A stretch of DNA of 64,000 nucleotides from an uncultured Mycoplasmatota bacterium (lineage in GTDB: Bacteria; Bacillota_I; Bacilli_A; RF39; UBA660). How positions within the stretch are numbered: position 1 is the first letter of the stretch; each line of letters opens with the position of its first letter. The notes beneath the pieces were generated by a model. That model searched no databases. It saw only the letters and a list, made by a program, of their open reading frames with translations, and was not told the origin of the DNA. The stretch is taken from NCBI GenBank assembly GCA_946553095.1, contig CAMNRN010000001.1, forward strand, positions 58,899 through 122,898. Reading direction: 5' to 3'. Positions 1 to 10,727 of the stretch are shown here, in pieces. Made by a program: the position numbers and the translations under genes.

Positions 1-3
1 CGA

Positions 4-1494
4 ATGAAAAAAGTTTTAACAGTAATTCTTGATGGATTTGGCTTAAGAGATGAAGAAAAGGGCAATGCGATTAAAGCTGCCAATATGACTAATTTTACCA
101 AACTGTGGGATACCTATCCTCATGCTTTATTAAAAGCATCTGAAGAAGCGGTTGGTCTTTCGAAAAATCAACCCGGAAACAGTGAAGTTGGGCACATGAC
201 AATCGGAGCTGGAAGACTTTTAAAACAAAATGAAACATTGGTAGATGAATTCTTAGCTAATCCTGACCTAGAAAATGATGCGATAAAAAAATTATTAGAA
301 CAAAAAGACAAAACTATTCATTTGATGGGGCTATGTAGCACTGGTAATGTTCATGCTGGTGTAGATGATTTTTTAATGATGTACAAATTTTTAGTTTTAA
401 ATGGTTTTAAAAATATTGTATTTCATCTTATGACTGATGGTCGTGATACTCCGGTTAATTCGGCATATCGTTATATCAAGCTTATTGAAAAAGCGATTAA
501 TAAATGCAAAGTTGGAACGATAGCAACAGTCTGTGGCAGATACTATGGCATGGATCGTGATGAAAATTGGGAAAGAACCAAAGTATACTATGACTTAGTC
601 GTAAATGGAGTAGGTAGCAAGTCTTTAAATATTGAAGACACATTAAAGAAAAGCTATGCATCAGAAATAACTGATGAATTTATAAAGCCAGTCATTCTAG
701 CTAAAAAGTTTATTAATGATGGAGACGTTTTAATTTGGATGAACTACCGGGCAGATCGAGCAAAACAAATATTAAATACTTTTGTAAATAGTGATACATT
801 TGACAAATTCTATATTCAAAATTTAAGTAATCTGACCATTTACAGTATGTTACCTATTGATAAAAAAATTAAAACAAACAATTTTTTAGAGCCATCAAGT
901 GTTAAACAACCACTAGGAATATACCTAAGTGAGTTAGATTTCACGCAAGCTAGAATTGCTGAAAGTGAAAAATTCCCTCATGTCACCTATTTCTTTGACG
1001 GGGGAAGAAATGACAAAATAAATAAATGTGATAAATTCCACGTTCCGTCTCCAGAAGTACCTACGTATGATGAGAAACCAGAAATGAGCAGTGTTGCCGT
1101 TGCCAAAAAAGTTATAAATTGTATGGAAAAAGATTATGACTTCATTTTAGTAAATTTTGCTAACCCTGACATGGTTGGTCACACGGGCGATATGGAAGCG
1201 ACAGTAAAGGCGTGCAAAGCTGTAGATTACTGCTTAGAAAAAATAATAGAAAAAGCTGAGGAAAACTTTTATAAAATAATTCTTTTAGCTGACCATGGAA
1301 ATGCTGATACGATGATTGGTGATGTCCGCACTACACACACGACAGAAAAAGTACCATTTATAATATGCGATTCCAAAATCAAACTAAAGAACAAAGGGGA
1401 TTTAACGAATGTTGCTCCAACTATTCTTGATTATATGGATATTGCCATTCCTAAAGAAATGGAAAATACCGAATCTTTGCTAATCGAGGAATAA
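4..1494 (+). CDS. gpmI: 2,3-bisphosphoglycerate-independent phosphoglycerate mutase
   Basis: 496 aa. N-terminal motif VILDGFGL plus metal-binding HM..G and DHGN motifs typical of iPGM. ATG at 4, TAA stop. Confidence 0.9.
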   Translation: MKKVLTVILDGFGLRDEEKGNAIKAANMTNFTKLWDTYPHALLKASEEAVGLSKNQPGNSEVGHMTIGAGRLLKQNETLVDEFLANPDLENDAIKKLLEQKDKTIHLMGLCSTGNVHAGVDDFLMMYKFLVLNGFKNIVFHLMTDGRDTPVNSAYRYIKLIEKAINKCKVGTIATVCGRYYGMDRDENWERTKVYYDLVVNGVGSKSLNIEDTLKKSYASEITDEFIKPVILAKKFINDGDVLIWMNYRADRAKQILNTFVNSDTFDKFYIQNLSNLTIYSMLPIDKKIKTNNFLEPSSVKQPLGIYLSELDFTQARIAESEKFPHVTYFFDGGRNDKINKCDKFHVPSPEVPTYDEKPEMSSVAVAKKVINCMEKDYDFILVNFANPDMVGHTGDMEATVKACKAVDYCLEKIIEKAEENFYKIILLADHGNADTMIGDVRTTHTTEKVPFIICDSKIKLKNKGDLTNVAPTILDYMDIAIPKEMENTESLLIEE

Positions 1495-1734
1495 CATGTT
1501 TGATAAGATATTAACATATACTTTCATGATAATCCTTATTTTGCTAATTATTTCTGTTACTGCCTATACAGTTTTAATTAGTATATAAATTTTACGTAAA
1601 CTAAGTTTAAATAGTTTGCGTTTTTTCTTTACTTTTAGTATCTTGCTATACATAATATCCTTTGCAAAAAGGAAAAAATTAAAAAGTTAGTTACTTCAAA
1701 ATATCCAAAATTAACACAAAATGCATTATTTTTC

Positions 1735-1764
1735 TTGCAATTTCATAGAATATAGTGCTATAAT
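1735..1764 (+). promoter_or_regulatory. sigma-A type promoter of the S10 operon (-35 TTGCAA, 18-nt spacer, extended -10 TGcTATAAT)
   Basis: TTGCAA at 1735-1740 and TATAAT at 1759-1764 with TG at 1756-1757. It is followed by a ~125-nt untranslated leader before rpsJ. Confidence 0.55.
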
Positions 1765-1888
1765 GCTATTTGTATGACTGCGTTGATGTACGAGGTTACT
1801 GATACACTAGGATAAGTTGGTACAGTGAATTAGAGAACTTGTGCGGAGTATGTCTATACTAGATATAGGCGAAAGGAGGACATTTTAA

Positions 1889-2197
1889 ATGTCAAATAGT
1901 AAAGTTAGAATCAATTTAAAAGCGTATGATCATAGAATTCTTGATGTAGCTGCGGGAAAAATTGTGGAAACTGTAAAAAGAACAGGCGGAGAAATAGCTG
2001 GGCCTGTACCTCTACCAACAGAAATAGAAAAAGTTACGGTTTTAAGAGCGGTACATAAGTACAAAGATGCTAGAGAACAATTTGAAAGAAGAACACACAA
2101 AAGATTGATCGACATTAAAAACCCAAGCAAAGAAACTATTGATGCTCTACAACATTTAGATTTGCCAAGTGGCGTAGACATTAACATTAAATTATAA
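1889..2197 (+). CDS. rpsJ: 30S ribosomal protein S10
   Basis: 102 aa, [19 protein letters not shown]... is a canonical S10 N-terminus. Strong RBS AAAGGAGG upstream. Confidence 0.97.
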   Translation: MSNSKVRINLKAYDHRILDVAAGKIVETVKRTGGEIAGPVPLPTEIEKVTVLRAVHKYKDAREQFERRTHKRLIDIKNPSKETIDALQHLDLPSGVDINIKL

Positions 2198-2217
2198 GTA
2201 AGGAAGGAAAAGAAATT

Positions 2218-3030
2218 ATGAAAGGAATCTTAGGACGCAAAGTTGGCATGACACAAATGTTCACAAAAGATGGAAAATTAGTTCCGGTTACAGTTGTAAG
2301 TGTAGAACCAAATGTTGTAATGCAAGTAAAAACTGTTGAAACAGATGGATATAATGCCATTCAACTAGGCGTATTTGACAAAAAAGAAAAAAATGCTAAC
2401 AAACCTGAACAAGGAAGAGCAAAAAAAGCAAACACCACACCTAAGCGCTTCTTAAAAGAGATAAGAGACATGGAAGGCTCTTATAATGTTGGAGATAAGA
2501 TAGATGCAGGCGTATTTGCTTTAGGAGAAATTGTAGACGTAACAGGCGTAAGTAAAGGAAAAGGCTTCCAAGGAACGATTAAACGTCACAATCAATCACG
2601 TGGACCAATGACTCACGGATCTCATTATCATCGAGGCCCAGGATCACTTGGTACAATGTTGCCAAAAAGAGTTTTAAAAGGTAAGAACCTACCAGGACAT
2701 ATGGGAACTGAAACGGTAACAATTCAAAATCTAGAAATAATTGAAGTAAACATAAATGAAAATTATATTTTAGTAAGTGGAAATATTCCGGGACCAAAAC
2801 AATCATTAGTATTAATTAAATCAGCTGTTAAAAATCAAAGAAAGGCTAATCCTAAAGAAATTATCACCTATGAAGAAACGATCGTGGATGAAGTAGTAGA
2901 AGAAGTAACACCTGTAGAAAACAACTCTGTTGATGCGGCTGATGTAAAAGAAGAAAATACTGAAGTTGTTGAAACTGAAAAAGTTGAAAATGCTGAAGAA
3001 GTAAAGGAAACTGAAGAAGCTAGCAATTAA
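2218..3030 (+). CDS. rplC: 50S ribosomal protein L3 with ~60-aa acidic C-terminal extension
   Basis: 270 aa. The L3 core (GMTQMF, GKGFQG) is followed by an E/V/T-rich acidic tail not present in typical 210-aa L3. Confidence 0.95.
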   Translation: MKGILGRKVGMTQMFTKDGKLVPVTVVSVEPNVVMQVKTVETDGYNAIQLGVFDKKEKNANKPEQGRAKKANTTPKRFLKEIRDMEGSYNVGDKIDAGVFALGEIVDVTGVSKGKGFQGTIKRHNQSRGPMTHGSHYHRGPGSLGTMLPKRVLKGKNLPGHMGTETVTIQNLEIIEVNINENYILVSGNIPGPKQSLVLIKSAVKNQRKANPKEIITYEETIVDEVVEEVTPVENNSVDAADVKEENTEVVETEKVENAEEVKETEEASN

Positions 3031-3061
3031 TTTTGCAAAACTTTAGAAAGGATATATAGAT

Positions 3062-3685
3062 ATGACAAAAATAAGTGTTAAAAATCTACAAGGTGAAAAA
3101 GTTAAAGATTTAACATTGGCTGATAATATATGGAATATTGAAGTAAACGATGATGCTCTAAAGAAAATGATTCGTTTACAATTAGATGCTTTAAGACAAG
3201 GCACAAGAAAAACTAAAAACAGAAGCGAAGTTTCTGGGGGCGGAAGAAAACCTTGGAAACAAAAAGGGACTGGTCGTGCTCGTCAAGGATCAATTCGTGC
3301 TACGCAATGGCGCGGAGGTGGAATACCTTTTGGTGTAAATCCTAGGGATTATTCATTTAAAATTAACAAAAAAGAAAGAGTACTAGCGCTAAAAACAGCT
3401 TTAACTCATAAAGCACAAGATAAAGAATTGATGGTTTTTGATACCTTAGAATTCGCAAGTAACAAAACTAAAAATGCAGTAAAAGTACTAGAAAATTTAA
3501 AATTAGAAGACAAAATCTTATTTGTTACAAATAGTGATGCTGAAAATCTTTATTTAGCGACTAGAAATCTTCCTAATGTATTAGTATTATTTACAGATGA
3601 AATTAATTGTTATGATTTAGTAAATGCTGATATGCTAGTTTGCGATGAAGACGCAATAAAAAAATTAGAGGAGGTGCTTAAATAA
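3062..3685 (+). CDS. rplD: 50S ribosomal protein L4
   Basis: 207 aa. Conserved GGGRKPW.QKGTGRAR motif. Confidence 0.96.
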   Translation: MTKISVKNLQGEKVKDLTLADNIWNIEVNDDALKKMIRLQLDALRQGTRKTKNRSEVSGGGRKPWKQKGTGRARQGSIRATQWRGGGIPFGVNPRDYSFKINKKERVLALKTALTHKAQDKELMVFDTLEFASNKTKNAVKVLENLKLEDKILFVTNSDAENLYLATRNLPNVLVLFTDEINCYDLVNADMLVCDEDAIKKLEEVLK

Positions 3686-3960
3686 TGAAACATTATGCTG
3701 ATATCATTATTGCACCCGTAATTACGGAAAAATCAATGGCTTCTAAAGAAACTAATGTGTACATTTTTAAAGTTACTAAAAGTGCTACTAAGCCTGAAAT
3801 AAAACACGCGATTGAAAAAGCTTTTAATGTAACTGTTAAAAATATAAACACTTTAAATACAAAATCGAAAAAAAGAAGAGTAGGACGTTATGCTGGTAAG
3901 ACGAAAACATACAAAAAAGCAATCATAACACTAGCAGAAGGTTCTTCTATAGAACTTTAA
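3685..3960 (+). CDS. rplW: 50S ribosomal protein L23
   Basis: 91 aa, overlaps the rplD stop by 1 nt (TAATG). L23-like sequence. Confidence 0.93.
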   Translation: MKHYADIIIAPVITEKSMASKETNVYIFKVTKSATKPEIKHAIEKAFNVTVKNINTLNTKSKKRRVGRYAGKTKTYKKAIITLAEGSSIEL

Positions 3961-3975
3961 TGAGGAGGAACAAAA

Positions 3976-4809
3976 ATGGCAATTAAACATTATAAACCCG
4001 TGACGAATGGACGTCGTGGAATGACTTCACTAACTAACGAAGAACTTACCAAAAATGTAACTCCTACAAAGAGTCTACTAAAAAGTGTTAGTAAAACTGG
4101 TGGTAGAAATAACCAAGGAAAAATGACAGTACGCCATATTGGTGGGGGAGCAAAACGTAAGTATCGTGTAATCGATTATAAAAGAAACAAAATCGGTATA
4201 ACTGGACGTGTAGCTTCTATTGAATATGATCCAAATCGTACTGCAAATATCGCTTTAATAAACTATAAAGATGGAGAAAAAAGATATATTATCGCTCCAA
4301 ATGGTTTAGAAGTAGGAATGATTATTGAAAATGGTCCAGAAGCTGATATTAAAGTAGGAAATTCACTACCTCTTGCAAATATTCCTGTTGGAACAACTGT
4401 TCATTGTGTTGAATTAAAACCAGGAAAAGGTGCCGAACTTTGTCGTAGTGCTGGATCAAGTGCTCAAATACTTGGCCGTGAAGGAAAATATGTCATGATT
4501 AGACTTCAATCTGGCGAAACAAGACTAGTATTAGGAACATGTATTGCAACAATTGGTAGTGTTGGTAATGAAGATTACAAATTAGTAAATTTAGGAAAAG
4601 CTGGACGTAAACGTCATATGGGAGTTCGTCCTACAAATCGTGGTTCAGTAATGAATCCAAACGATCACCCACATGGTGGTGGAGAAGGTCGTGCCCCTAT
4701 TGGACGTAAGAGTCCAATGACTCCATGGGGTAAACCTGCGCTTGGAGTTAAAACTCGTAAATCTAAGAAAGCTTCTGAAAAATTAATCGTAAGTAGGAAG
4801 AAGAAATAG
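3976..4809 (+). CDS. rplB: 50S ribosomal protein L2
   Basis: 277 aa. [15 protein letters not shown]-terminus and the HPHGGGEG motif. Confidence 0.97.
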   Translation: MAIKHYKPVTNGRRGMTSLTNEELTKNVTPTKSLLKSVSKTGGRNNQGKMTVRHIGGGAKRKYRVIDYKRNKIGITGRVASIEYDPNRTANIALINYKDGEKRYIIAPNGLEVGMIIENGPEADIKVGNSLPLANIPVGTTVHCVELKPGKGAELCRSAGSSAQILGREGKYVMIRLQSGETRLVLGTCIATIGSVGNEDYKLVNLGKAGRKRHMGVRPTNRGSVMNPNDHPHGGGEGRAPIGRKSPMTPWGKPALGVKTRKSKKASEKLIVSRKKK

Positions 4810-4819
4810 GAGGATATAA

Positions 4820-5083
4820 ATGGCAAGAAGTTTAAAAAAAGGACCTTACGTTGCACCATCATTAATGAAAAAGGTTCAAGAAATGAATAAAAATAATAAA
4901 AAGACGGTTATTAAAACTTGGTCAAGAAGATCAACTATTTTTCCTGATTTTGTAGGTCATACATTAGCAGTACACAATGGTAAAGATTTTATTCCAGTTT
5001 ATATAACAGAAGACATGGTTGGACACAAATTAGGAGAGTTTTCAGCAACTCGTAAATTTACAGGCCATGCCGGAAATAAATAG
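4820..5083 (+). CDS. rpsS: 30S ribosomal protein S19
   Basis: 87 aa. [21 protein letters not shown]. Confidence 0.96.
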   Translation: MARSLKKGPYVAPSLMKKVQEMNKNNKKTVIKTWSRRSTIFPDFVGHTLAVHNGKDFIPVYITEDMVGHKLGEFSATRKFTGHAGNK

Positions 5084-5091
5084 GAGGTATT

Positions 5092-5439
5092 ATGGAAGCA
5101 TATGCAATTCACAAAAACGCTTTGATTAAACCCCGTTTAGCACGGATGACAATGGATTTAATTAGAGGAAAAGATGTAGCAACAGCTCGTGGAATTTTAG
5201 AAAACACGAATACAAAAGCTAGTCGTTTAATTTATAAAGTATTAAACTCAGCTGTTGCCAATGCTGTTAATAACAATGGTGCTGATGAATCTAGCCTAGT
5301 TATCAAAGAATGTTACATAAACCCAGGACCTGTTTATAAAAGAATTAAATTTGCCAGTCGTGGAAATGTCGATCGTCATGATAAAAGAAGTAGTCACATC
5401 ACTGTGTGTGTAACAGACGAAGGGAAAGGAGCGAAATAA
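5092..5439 (+). CDS. rplV: 50S ribosomal protein L22
   Basis: 115 aa. [15 protein letters not shown]22 signature. Confidence 0.94.
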   Translation: MEAYAIHKNALIKPRLARMTMDLIRGKDVATARGILENTNTKASRLIYKVLNSAVANAVNNNGADESSLVIKECYINPGPVYKRIKFASRGNVDRHDKRSSHITVCVTDEGKGAK

Positions 5440-5441
5440 TT

Positions 5442-6119
5442 ATGGGACAAAAAGTAAATCCAATAGGGTATAGATTAGGTGTTAATAAAGAATGGCAATC
5501 TCGTTGGTATTCTAAAGATGCTTATTCTAAAAATTTACTAAATGATATTAAAATTCGTGAATATGTTGAAAAGAATTTAAAAGAAGCAGCCATTGCCTCT
5601 GTAGTTATTGAGCGTAAAAAAGATCGTACTGATGTTACGATGTACACAGCTAAACCAGGAGTAATCATTGGTCGCGGCGGTGAAGATATTGAAAAATTAC
5701 GAAAGAAAATTGCTAAACTTGTAGGAGAAGAAATCTATATTAATATTGTTGAAGAAAAAAATCCTGATTTAAATGCTCAACTAGTAGCAAATAATATAGC
5801 ATTACAAATAGAAGCTCGTGCACCATTTAGATCAGCTCAAAAAAGAGCTATCAGAAATACAATGAAAGCTGGAGCAAAAGGATGTAAAACATCTGTATCA
5901 GGACGCCTAGGTGGAGCAGAAATGGCTCGTACTGAAGGATACACTGAAGGAACAGTACCACTTCATACAATTAGAGCGGATGTTGATTATGCAACCGCTG
6001 AGGCTAACACTACGTATGGAAAAATAGGTGTTAAAGTTTGGATCTATAAAGATGAAATACTTCCTGCAAAAAAAACAGTGAAGGGAGCTGATAAAAATGT
6101 TGATGCCAAAGAGAACTAA
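5442..6119 (+). CDS. rpsC: 30S ribosomal protein S3
   Basis: The canonical S3 start [13 protein letters not shown] lies at ATG 5442. The track ORF starts 12 codons earlier inside rplV. KH and S3-C domains present. Confidence 0.95.
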   Translation: MGQKVNPIGYRLGVNKEWQSRWYSKDAYSKNLLNDIKIREYVEKNLKEAAIASVVIERKKDRTDVTMYTAKPGVIIGRGGEDIEKLRKKIAKLVGEEIYINIVEEKNPDLNAQLVANNIALQIEARAPFRSAQKRAIRNTMKAGAKGCKTSVSGRLGGAEMARTEGYTEGTVPLHTIRADVDYATAEANTTYGKIGVKVWIYKDEILPAKKTVKGADKNVDAKEN

Positions 6120-6534
6120 ATATCGTAAAAGTCATAGAATTAGTTATGATGGTAAAGCCAAAGGAAATGTGGAACTACATTTTGGTGAATACGGTCTTAA
6201 AGCTGTAGAAGGCGGATGGATTTCAGCTCGTCAAATTGAAGCAGCTCGTATAGCTATGACCCGTTTTATGAAACGTGGTGGAAAAGTATATATAAATATA
6301 TTCCCTCATATGCCAAGAACTAAAAAACCTCTTGAAACTCGTCAAGGTAAAGGTAAAGGTTCAGTAGATGAATGGGTAGCAGTAGTAAAAAATGGCAAGA
6401 TTATGTTTGAAATAGAAGGTGTTACTGAAGAAATAGCTCGTGAAGCACTTCGTTTAGCATCACATAAATTGTCAGTTAAAACTAAATTTGTTAAAAAAGA
6501 ACTTGTAAAGGATGGTGATTCTCTTGGAAATTAA
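6097..6534 (+). CDS. rplP: 50S ribosomal protein L16
   Basis: 145 aa. [12 protein letters not shown]16 N-terminus. Overlaps the rpsC end. Confidence 0.95.
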   Translation: MLMPKRTKYRKSHRISYDGKAKGNVELHFGEYGLKAVEGGWISARQIEAARIAMTRFMKRGGKVYINIFPHMPRTKKPLETRQGKGKGSVDEWVAVVKNGKIMFEIEGVTEEIAREALRLASHKLSVKTKFVKKELVKDGDSLGN

Positions 6535-6733
6535 TGAACTAAGAAAATTATCTAATGAAGAATTAACTAAAAAAATTAATGAAACTAAAGATGAATTATT
6601 TCAAAAGAGAATGGCTCATGCCACAGGCGCTCTTGAAAAACCAAGAGAGCTTCGCACATTGAGAAGAGATGTTGCAAAAATGAAAACAATATTAAAAGAA
6701 AGAGAACTTAAGGAGGGAATAAAAAATGACTGA
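6512..6733 (+). CDS. rpmC: 50S ribosomal protein L29
   Basis: 73 aa. The ..ELR.LS.EEL...I.E.K.ELF.KRM..ATG pattern matches L29. The exact start is uncertain (ATG 6512, GTG 6515 or TTG 6524). Confidence 0.85.
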   Translation: MVILLEINELRKLSNEELTKKINETKDELFQKRMAHATGALEKPRELRTLRRDVAKMKTILKERELKEGIKND

Positions 6734-6983
6734 AATTAAACAAGAATTAATAGGTAGAGTAGTAAGTAGCTCAAATAACAAAACAATTACAGTTTTAGTT
6801 GAAACCTCTAAAAAACATCCTTTATACAAAAAACAAGTTAAATATTCTAAAAAATATGCAGCTCATGATGAACAAAACAAAGCTAAAGTAGGAGATACAG
6901 TAAAAATTAGAATGACAAAACCATTATCTAAAACCAAAAGATATGAATTAGTTGAAGTTTTAATTGAAGCTGTTATCCTTTAG
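6726..6983 (+). CDS. rpsQ: 30S ribosomal protein S17
   Basis: 85 aa. [24 protein letters not shown] motif. Confidence 0.94.
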   Translation: MTEIKQELIGRVVSSSNNKTITVLVETSKKHPLYKKQVKYSKKYAAHDEQNKAKVGDTVKIRMTKPLSKTKRYELVEVLIEAVIL

Positions 6984-6994
6984 GAGGTATTATT

Positions 6995-7363
6995 ATGGTT
7001 AGTCAAGAATCAAGACTTAAAGTTGCGGATAATTCTGGTGCTCGTGAACTTTTAGTAATAAGAGTTTTAGGTGGATCTAAAGTAAAATCTGGAAATATCG
7101 GTGACGTTGTGGTTGGAACTGTTAAAAAAGCTATTCCTAATAGTCCTGTTAAAAAAGGAAAAGTTGTCAAAGCTGTTATCGTACGTTCTGTTGAAGGTGT
7201 ACGAAGAAAAGATGGGTCATATATTAAATTTGATGACAATGCTTGCGTTTTAATTAAAGATGATAAATCACCAGTTGGAACAAGAGTTCTTGGCCCAGTG
7301 GCTAGAGAGTTAAGAGAAAAAGAATATACAAAAATTGTATCTCTTGCTCCAGAAGTATTATAG
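6995..7363 (+). CDS. rplN: 50S ribosomal protein L14
   Basis: 122 aa. [13 protein letters not shown] is the L14 signature. Confidence 0.97.
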   Translation: MVSQESRLKVADNSGARELLVIRVLGGSKVKSGNIGDVVVGTVKKAIPNSPVKKGKVVKAVIVRSVEGVRRKDGSYIKFDDNACVLIKDDKSPVGTRVLGPVARELREKEYTKIVSLAPEVL

Positions 7364-7372
7364 GAGGTACTT

Positions 7373-7705
7373 ATGAAAGTTAAAGTTGGAGATACAGTAA
7401 GAATAATTACTGGAAAAGATAAAGGAAAAGAAGGAAAAATCCTACGTACTTTAAAAAACGAAAATAAAGTAGTTGTTGAAGGCTTAAATATAGTTAAAAG
7501 ACATTCTAAACCTCGAAATACAAACGAGTCAGGTGGAATTTTTGAAATTGAAGCTCCTATTCATGTGTCAAATGTCAAAGTTCTAAGTAAAGAAGATTTA
7601 AAAGCATCAAAAAAAGAATCTAAAACTAAAGCCAAAGAAGAAAAAATAGAAGCAAAAGTGGAACAAAAAGAAGACCAAAAGACTTCTAAGAAAGCGAGTA
7701 AATAG
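7373..7705 (+). CDS. rplX: 50S ribosomal protein L24 with Lys/Glu-rich C-terminal extension
   Basis: 110 aa. [22 protein letters not shown] is a KOW motif. About 30 extra K/E-rich C-terminal residues. Confidence 0.93.
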   Translation: MKVKVGDTVRIITGKDKGKEGKILRTLKNENKVVVEGLNIVKRHSKPRNTNESGGIFEIEAPIHVSNVKVLSKEDLKASKKESKTKAKEEKIEAKVEQKEDQKTSKKASK

Positions 7706-7707
7706 TT

Positions 7708-8247
7708 ATGAGTAATTTTAAAGAATTATATAATAAAGAAATAATTTCAAGTCTTACTAAAGAATTCAACTATAAAACAGTTATGGCAGTGCCTAAACTA
7801 GAAAAAATAGTTGTAAATATGGGTGTAGGCGACGGCTCTAAAGATGAAAAATTCATTACTGCTGCTGTCAAAGACTTAGAACTTATAACTGGGCAAAAGC
7901 CAATTGTAACTAAAGCTCGTAAATCTATTGCTGGATTTAAAATTCGTGAAGGGCAACCTGTTGGGGTTAAAGTTACACTAAGAGGAGAAAATATGTATTA
8001 CTTCTTAGAAAAACTAGTTAAAGTAGCTCTACCAAGAGTAAGAGATTTTCGTGGTGTATCACCTCATGCTTTCGATGGAAAAGGAAATTATACAATTGGT
8101 ATTAAAGAACAACTAATCTTTCCTGAAATCGAATATGATGATGTCGTAAAGGTACGTGGTATGGATATTATATTTGTTACTACGGCTAAAAGCAATGAAG
8201 AAGCTAAAAGTTTATTAAAAGGCTTTGGAATGCCTTTCAAGAATTAA
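7708..8247 (+). CDS. rplE: 50S ribosomal protein L5
   Basis: 179 aa. L5 motifs ([19 protein letters not shown]). Confidence 0.96.
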   Translation: MSNFKELYNKEIISSLTKEFNYKTVMAVPKLEKIVVNMGVGDGSKDEKFITAAVKDLELITGQKPIVTKARKSIAGFKIREGQPVGVKVTLRGENMYYFLEKLVKVALPRVRDFRGVSPHAFDGKGNYTIGIKEQLIFPEIEYDDVVKVRGMDIIFVTTAKSNEEAKSLLKGFGMPFKN

Positions 8248-8257
8248 GGAGGACATT

Positions 8258-8443
8258 ATGGCAAGAAAAAGTATGATTGTTAAAAATAAAAGAGCACCAA
8301 AATTTTCTACTCGCGCTTACACTCGTTGTAATCGATGTGGAAGACCTCACAGTGTCTTAAAAAAATATGGAATCTGTCGTATTTGCTTTAGAGAACTTGC
8401 AAATGAAGGCAAATTACCAGGCGTAAAGAAATCAAGTTGGTAA
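8258..8443 (+). CDS. rpsZ: 30S ribosomal protein S14 type Z (zinc-binding, 61 aa)
   Basis: [12 protein letters not shown]...[25 protein letters not shown] has the C4 zinc motif. ATG at 8258 sits behind RBS GGAGGA, whereas the track ORF starts in the rplE tail. Confidence 0.93.
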   Translation: MARKSMIVKNKRAPKFSTRAYTRCNRCGRPHSVLKKYGICRICFRELANEGKLPGVKKSSW

Positions 8444-8455
8444 GGAGGAATATAA

Positions 8456-8854
8456 ATGTTTGTACAAGATAAAATAGCTGATATGCTAACACGCATAAGA
8501 AATGCTAATGGAATGAGATATGAAACAGTTGAAGTCATTGGTACAAAAATGACTCTTGGAATAGCCGAAATTTTAAAAAAGGAAGGATTTATCGCAGACT
8601 ATAATTATGAAAAATGTCCACAAGGTGATAAACTAACCCTAACTTTAAAATATGGTGTTAAGAAGGAAAGAGTCATAACAGGACTTAAAAGAATCAGTAA
8701 ATCTGGTTTAAGAGTATATGCAAAAGCAAACGAAGTTCCTCGTGTATTAAATGGCCTAGGTATTGCAATTATATCTACTTCTGAAGGCCTAATGACCGAT
8801 AAAGAAGCAAGAGCAAAAGGATTAGGAGGTGAAGTCCTTGCCTATATTTGGTAG
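8456..8854 (+). CDS. rpsH: 30S ribosomal protein S8
   Basis: 132 aa. DMLTRIRNA is the S8 signature. Confidence 0.96.
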   Translation: MFVQDKIADMLTRIRNANGMRYETVEVIGTKMTLGIAEILKKEGFIADYNYEKCPQGDKLTLTLKYGVKKERVITGLKRISKSGLRVYAKANEVPRVLNGLGIAIISTSEGLMTDKEARAKGLGGEVLAYIW

Positions 8855-8862
8855 GGAAGTCT

Positions 8863-9399
8863 ATGAGTAGAATTGGCGAAAGAAGATTAACACTTCCAAA
8901 TGGTGTAACAGCCATGATAGAAAAAAATGAATTTAAAGTAAAAGGGCCAAAAGGAGAACTAAGCTATACATTTAGCGATTTAATCGATGTTCAAATTGAA
9001 GAAAATGTTGTTTTAACTAAACAAAAAAAGCCTTCAAAAAGAGCAAATGTTATGCAAGGTACTACTAATTCATTAATCAATAATATGATTATTGGTGTAT
9101 CAGATGGATTTAGTAAAGGACTAGAAGCAGTAGGTGTTGGGTATCGTTTTAGTGTTGCTGGCAATAAAATAACAGTAAGTGCTGGATATTCCCATCCTAT
9201 AATAGTAGAAGTTCCAACTGGCTTATCAGTAACAAGTGAGTCAAATACCGAAATAACAATTCATGGTATTGACAAACAAAAAGTAAGTGAATTTGCGGCA
9301 AATATTCGTAAAATAAGAGAACCAGAACCATACAAAGGTAAAGGAATCCGTTATAAAGGCGAATATGTACGTCGTAAAGAAGGAAAGAAAGCGGCATAG
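8863..9399 (+). CDS. rplF: 50S ribosomal protein L6
   Basis: The canonical L6 start is MSRIGERRL. ATG 8863 lies after RBS GGGAAG, and the track ORF starts 5 codons upstream. Confidence 0.94.
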   Translation: MSRIGERRLTLPNGVTAMIEKNEFKVKGPKGELSYTFSDLIDVQIEENVVLTKQKKPSKRANVMQGTTNSLINNMIIGVSDGFSKGLEAVGVGYRFSVAGNKITVSAGYSHPIIVEVPTGLSVTSESNTEITIHGIDKQKVSEFAANIRKIREPEPYKGKGIRYKGEYVRRKEGKKAA

Positions 9400-9413
9400 G
9401 GAGGAGTTAAGTT

Positions 9414-9770
9414 ATGATTAAAAAAGAAGCGACAAATAAAGCTCGTGTTAGAAGACACATTAGAGTACGTAAAACCCTTAGTGGTACAAAAGAATGTCCA
9501 AGATTAAATGTTTTTAGATCAAATAATGGTATTTACGCTCAAGTTATTGATGACGTAGCTAAAACGACCCTAGCAAGTTCTTCTGCACTAGAATTAAAAA
9601 TAAAGAATGGTGGAAATATCGAAGCTGCTAAACAAGTGGGCAAAGATATTGCTGAAAAATGTAAAAAATTAAAAATCAAAACAGTAGTGTTTGACCGTGG
9701 TGGATATTTATATCATGGTAGAGTTGCAGCCCTTGCTGATGCAGCAAGAGAAGCTGGACTAGAATTTTAG
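9414..9770 (+). CDS. rplR: 50S ribosomal protein L18
   Basis: 118 aa. [18 protein letters not shown] is an L18 motif. Confidence 0.95.
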   Translation: MIKKEATNKARVRRHIRVRKTLSGTKECPRLNVFRSNNGIYAQVIDDVAKTTLASSSALELKIKNGGNIEAAKQVGKDIAEKCKKLKIKTVVFDRGGYLYHGRVAALADAAREAGLEF

Positions 9771-9778
9771 GAGGACGC

Positions 9779-10282
9779 ATGAGAAATCAAAAAATGGAAC
9801 AAAAGAAAAATTTATTAGAAGAAAAAGTTATTTCCATTACAAGAGTTACGAAAGTAACATCTGGTGGTAGACACTTCCGTTTCTCTGCGACAGTAGCTGT
9901 TGGAAATAGAAAAGGATTAATTGGAATTGGTAGTGGAAAAGCTAACGAAGTACCAGAAGCAATTAAAAAGGCTATTCAAGCAGCTAATAAAAATGTAACG
10001 AAAGTAGCTTTAAGTGAAGGAAGAACAATTCCTCATGAAGCGACAGCTAAAGTAGGAAGAGCAGTTGTGCTTATTAAACCAGCTCAAGAAGGTCGCGGAA
10101 TAATTGCTGGTGGAGCAGCAAGAGCAGTTCTTGAACTTGCCGGAGTAAAAGATATTGTATCTAAATCTCTTGGATCAAATACTCAAGTAAACGTTGCCAA
10201 AGCTACTTTAGAAGCTTTAAAAATGCAAAGAACTCCTGAACATATAGCTGAACTTCGCGGTAAGAAAGTTGAGGAATTGTAA
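9779..10282 (+). CDS. rpsE: 30S ribosomal protein S5
   Basis: 167 aa. VTKVTSGGRHFRFSA (S5 dsRBD) and GSGKA... motifs. RBS AGGAGG upstream. Confidence 0.96.
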   Translation: MRNQKMEQKKNLLEEKVISITRVTKVTSGGRHFRFSATVAVGNRKGLIGIGSGKANEVPEAIKKAIQAANKNVTKVALSEGRTIPHEATAKVGRAVVLIKPAQEGRGIIAGGAARAVLELAGVKDIVSKSLGSNTQVNVAKATLEALKMQRTPEHIAELRGKKVEEL

Positions 10283-10283
10283 G

Positions 10284-10727
10284 ATGAAATTAGAAAATTT
10301 GCCAAAAAGTAAAGAAACGAAAGTATCAAAAAGAGTTGGCCGTGGTCCAGGAAGTGGAATGGGAAAAACATCAACTCGTGGAGAAAAAGGACAAAAGTCA
10401 CGTAGTGGTGCATCAATTCCAGCATGGTTCCAAGGAGGACAAACTCCTCTTCATAGAAGAATTCCTATTCGCGGATTTAACAACAAGCAATTTGAAACAA
10501 AATTTGCTACAATTAATCTATCAGATTTAGACAAATTTTTCCAAGATGGAGATACTGTTACTCCAGAAATCTTAAAAGAAAGAAAAATCATCAAAAAACA
10601 ATTATCTGGAATTAAAGTACTTGCAAATGGAGAATTAACTAAAAAACTTACAGTTAAAGCGCAAAGATTTTCTGCCAAAGCTGTAACTAAAATAGAAAAT
10701 GCAGGCGGCAAAGCAGAGGTGATTTAG
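10284..10727 (+). CDS. rplO: 50S ribosomal protein L15
   Basis: MKLENLPKSKETKVSKRVGRGPGSGMGKTSTRGEKGQKSRSG is the canonical L15 start. ATG 10284 follows RBS GAGGAA. It follows rpsE directly, with no rpmD (L30) gene between them. Confidence 0.94.
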   Translation: MKLENLPKSKETKVSKRVGRGPGSGMGKTSTRGEKGQKSRSGASIPAWFQGGQTPLHRRIPIRGFNNKQFETKFATINLSDLDKFFQDGDTVTPEILKERKIIKKQLSGIKVLANGELTKKLTVKAQRFSAKAVTKIENAGGKAEVI

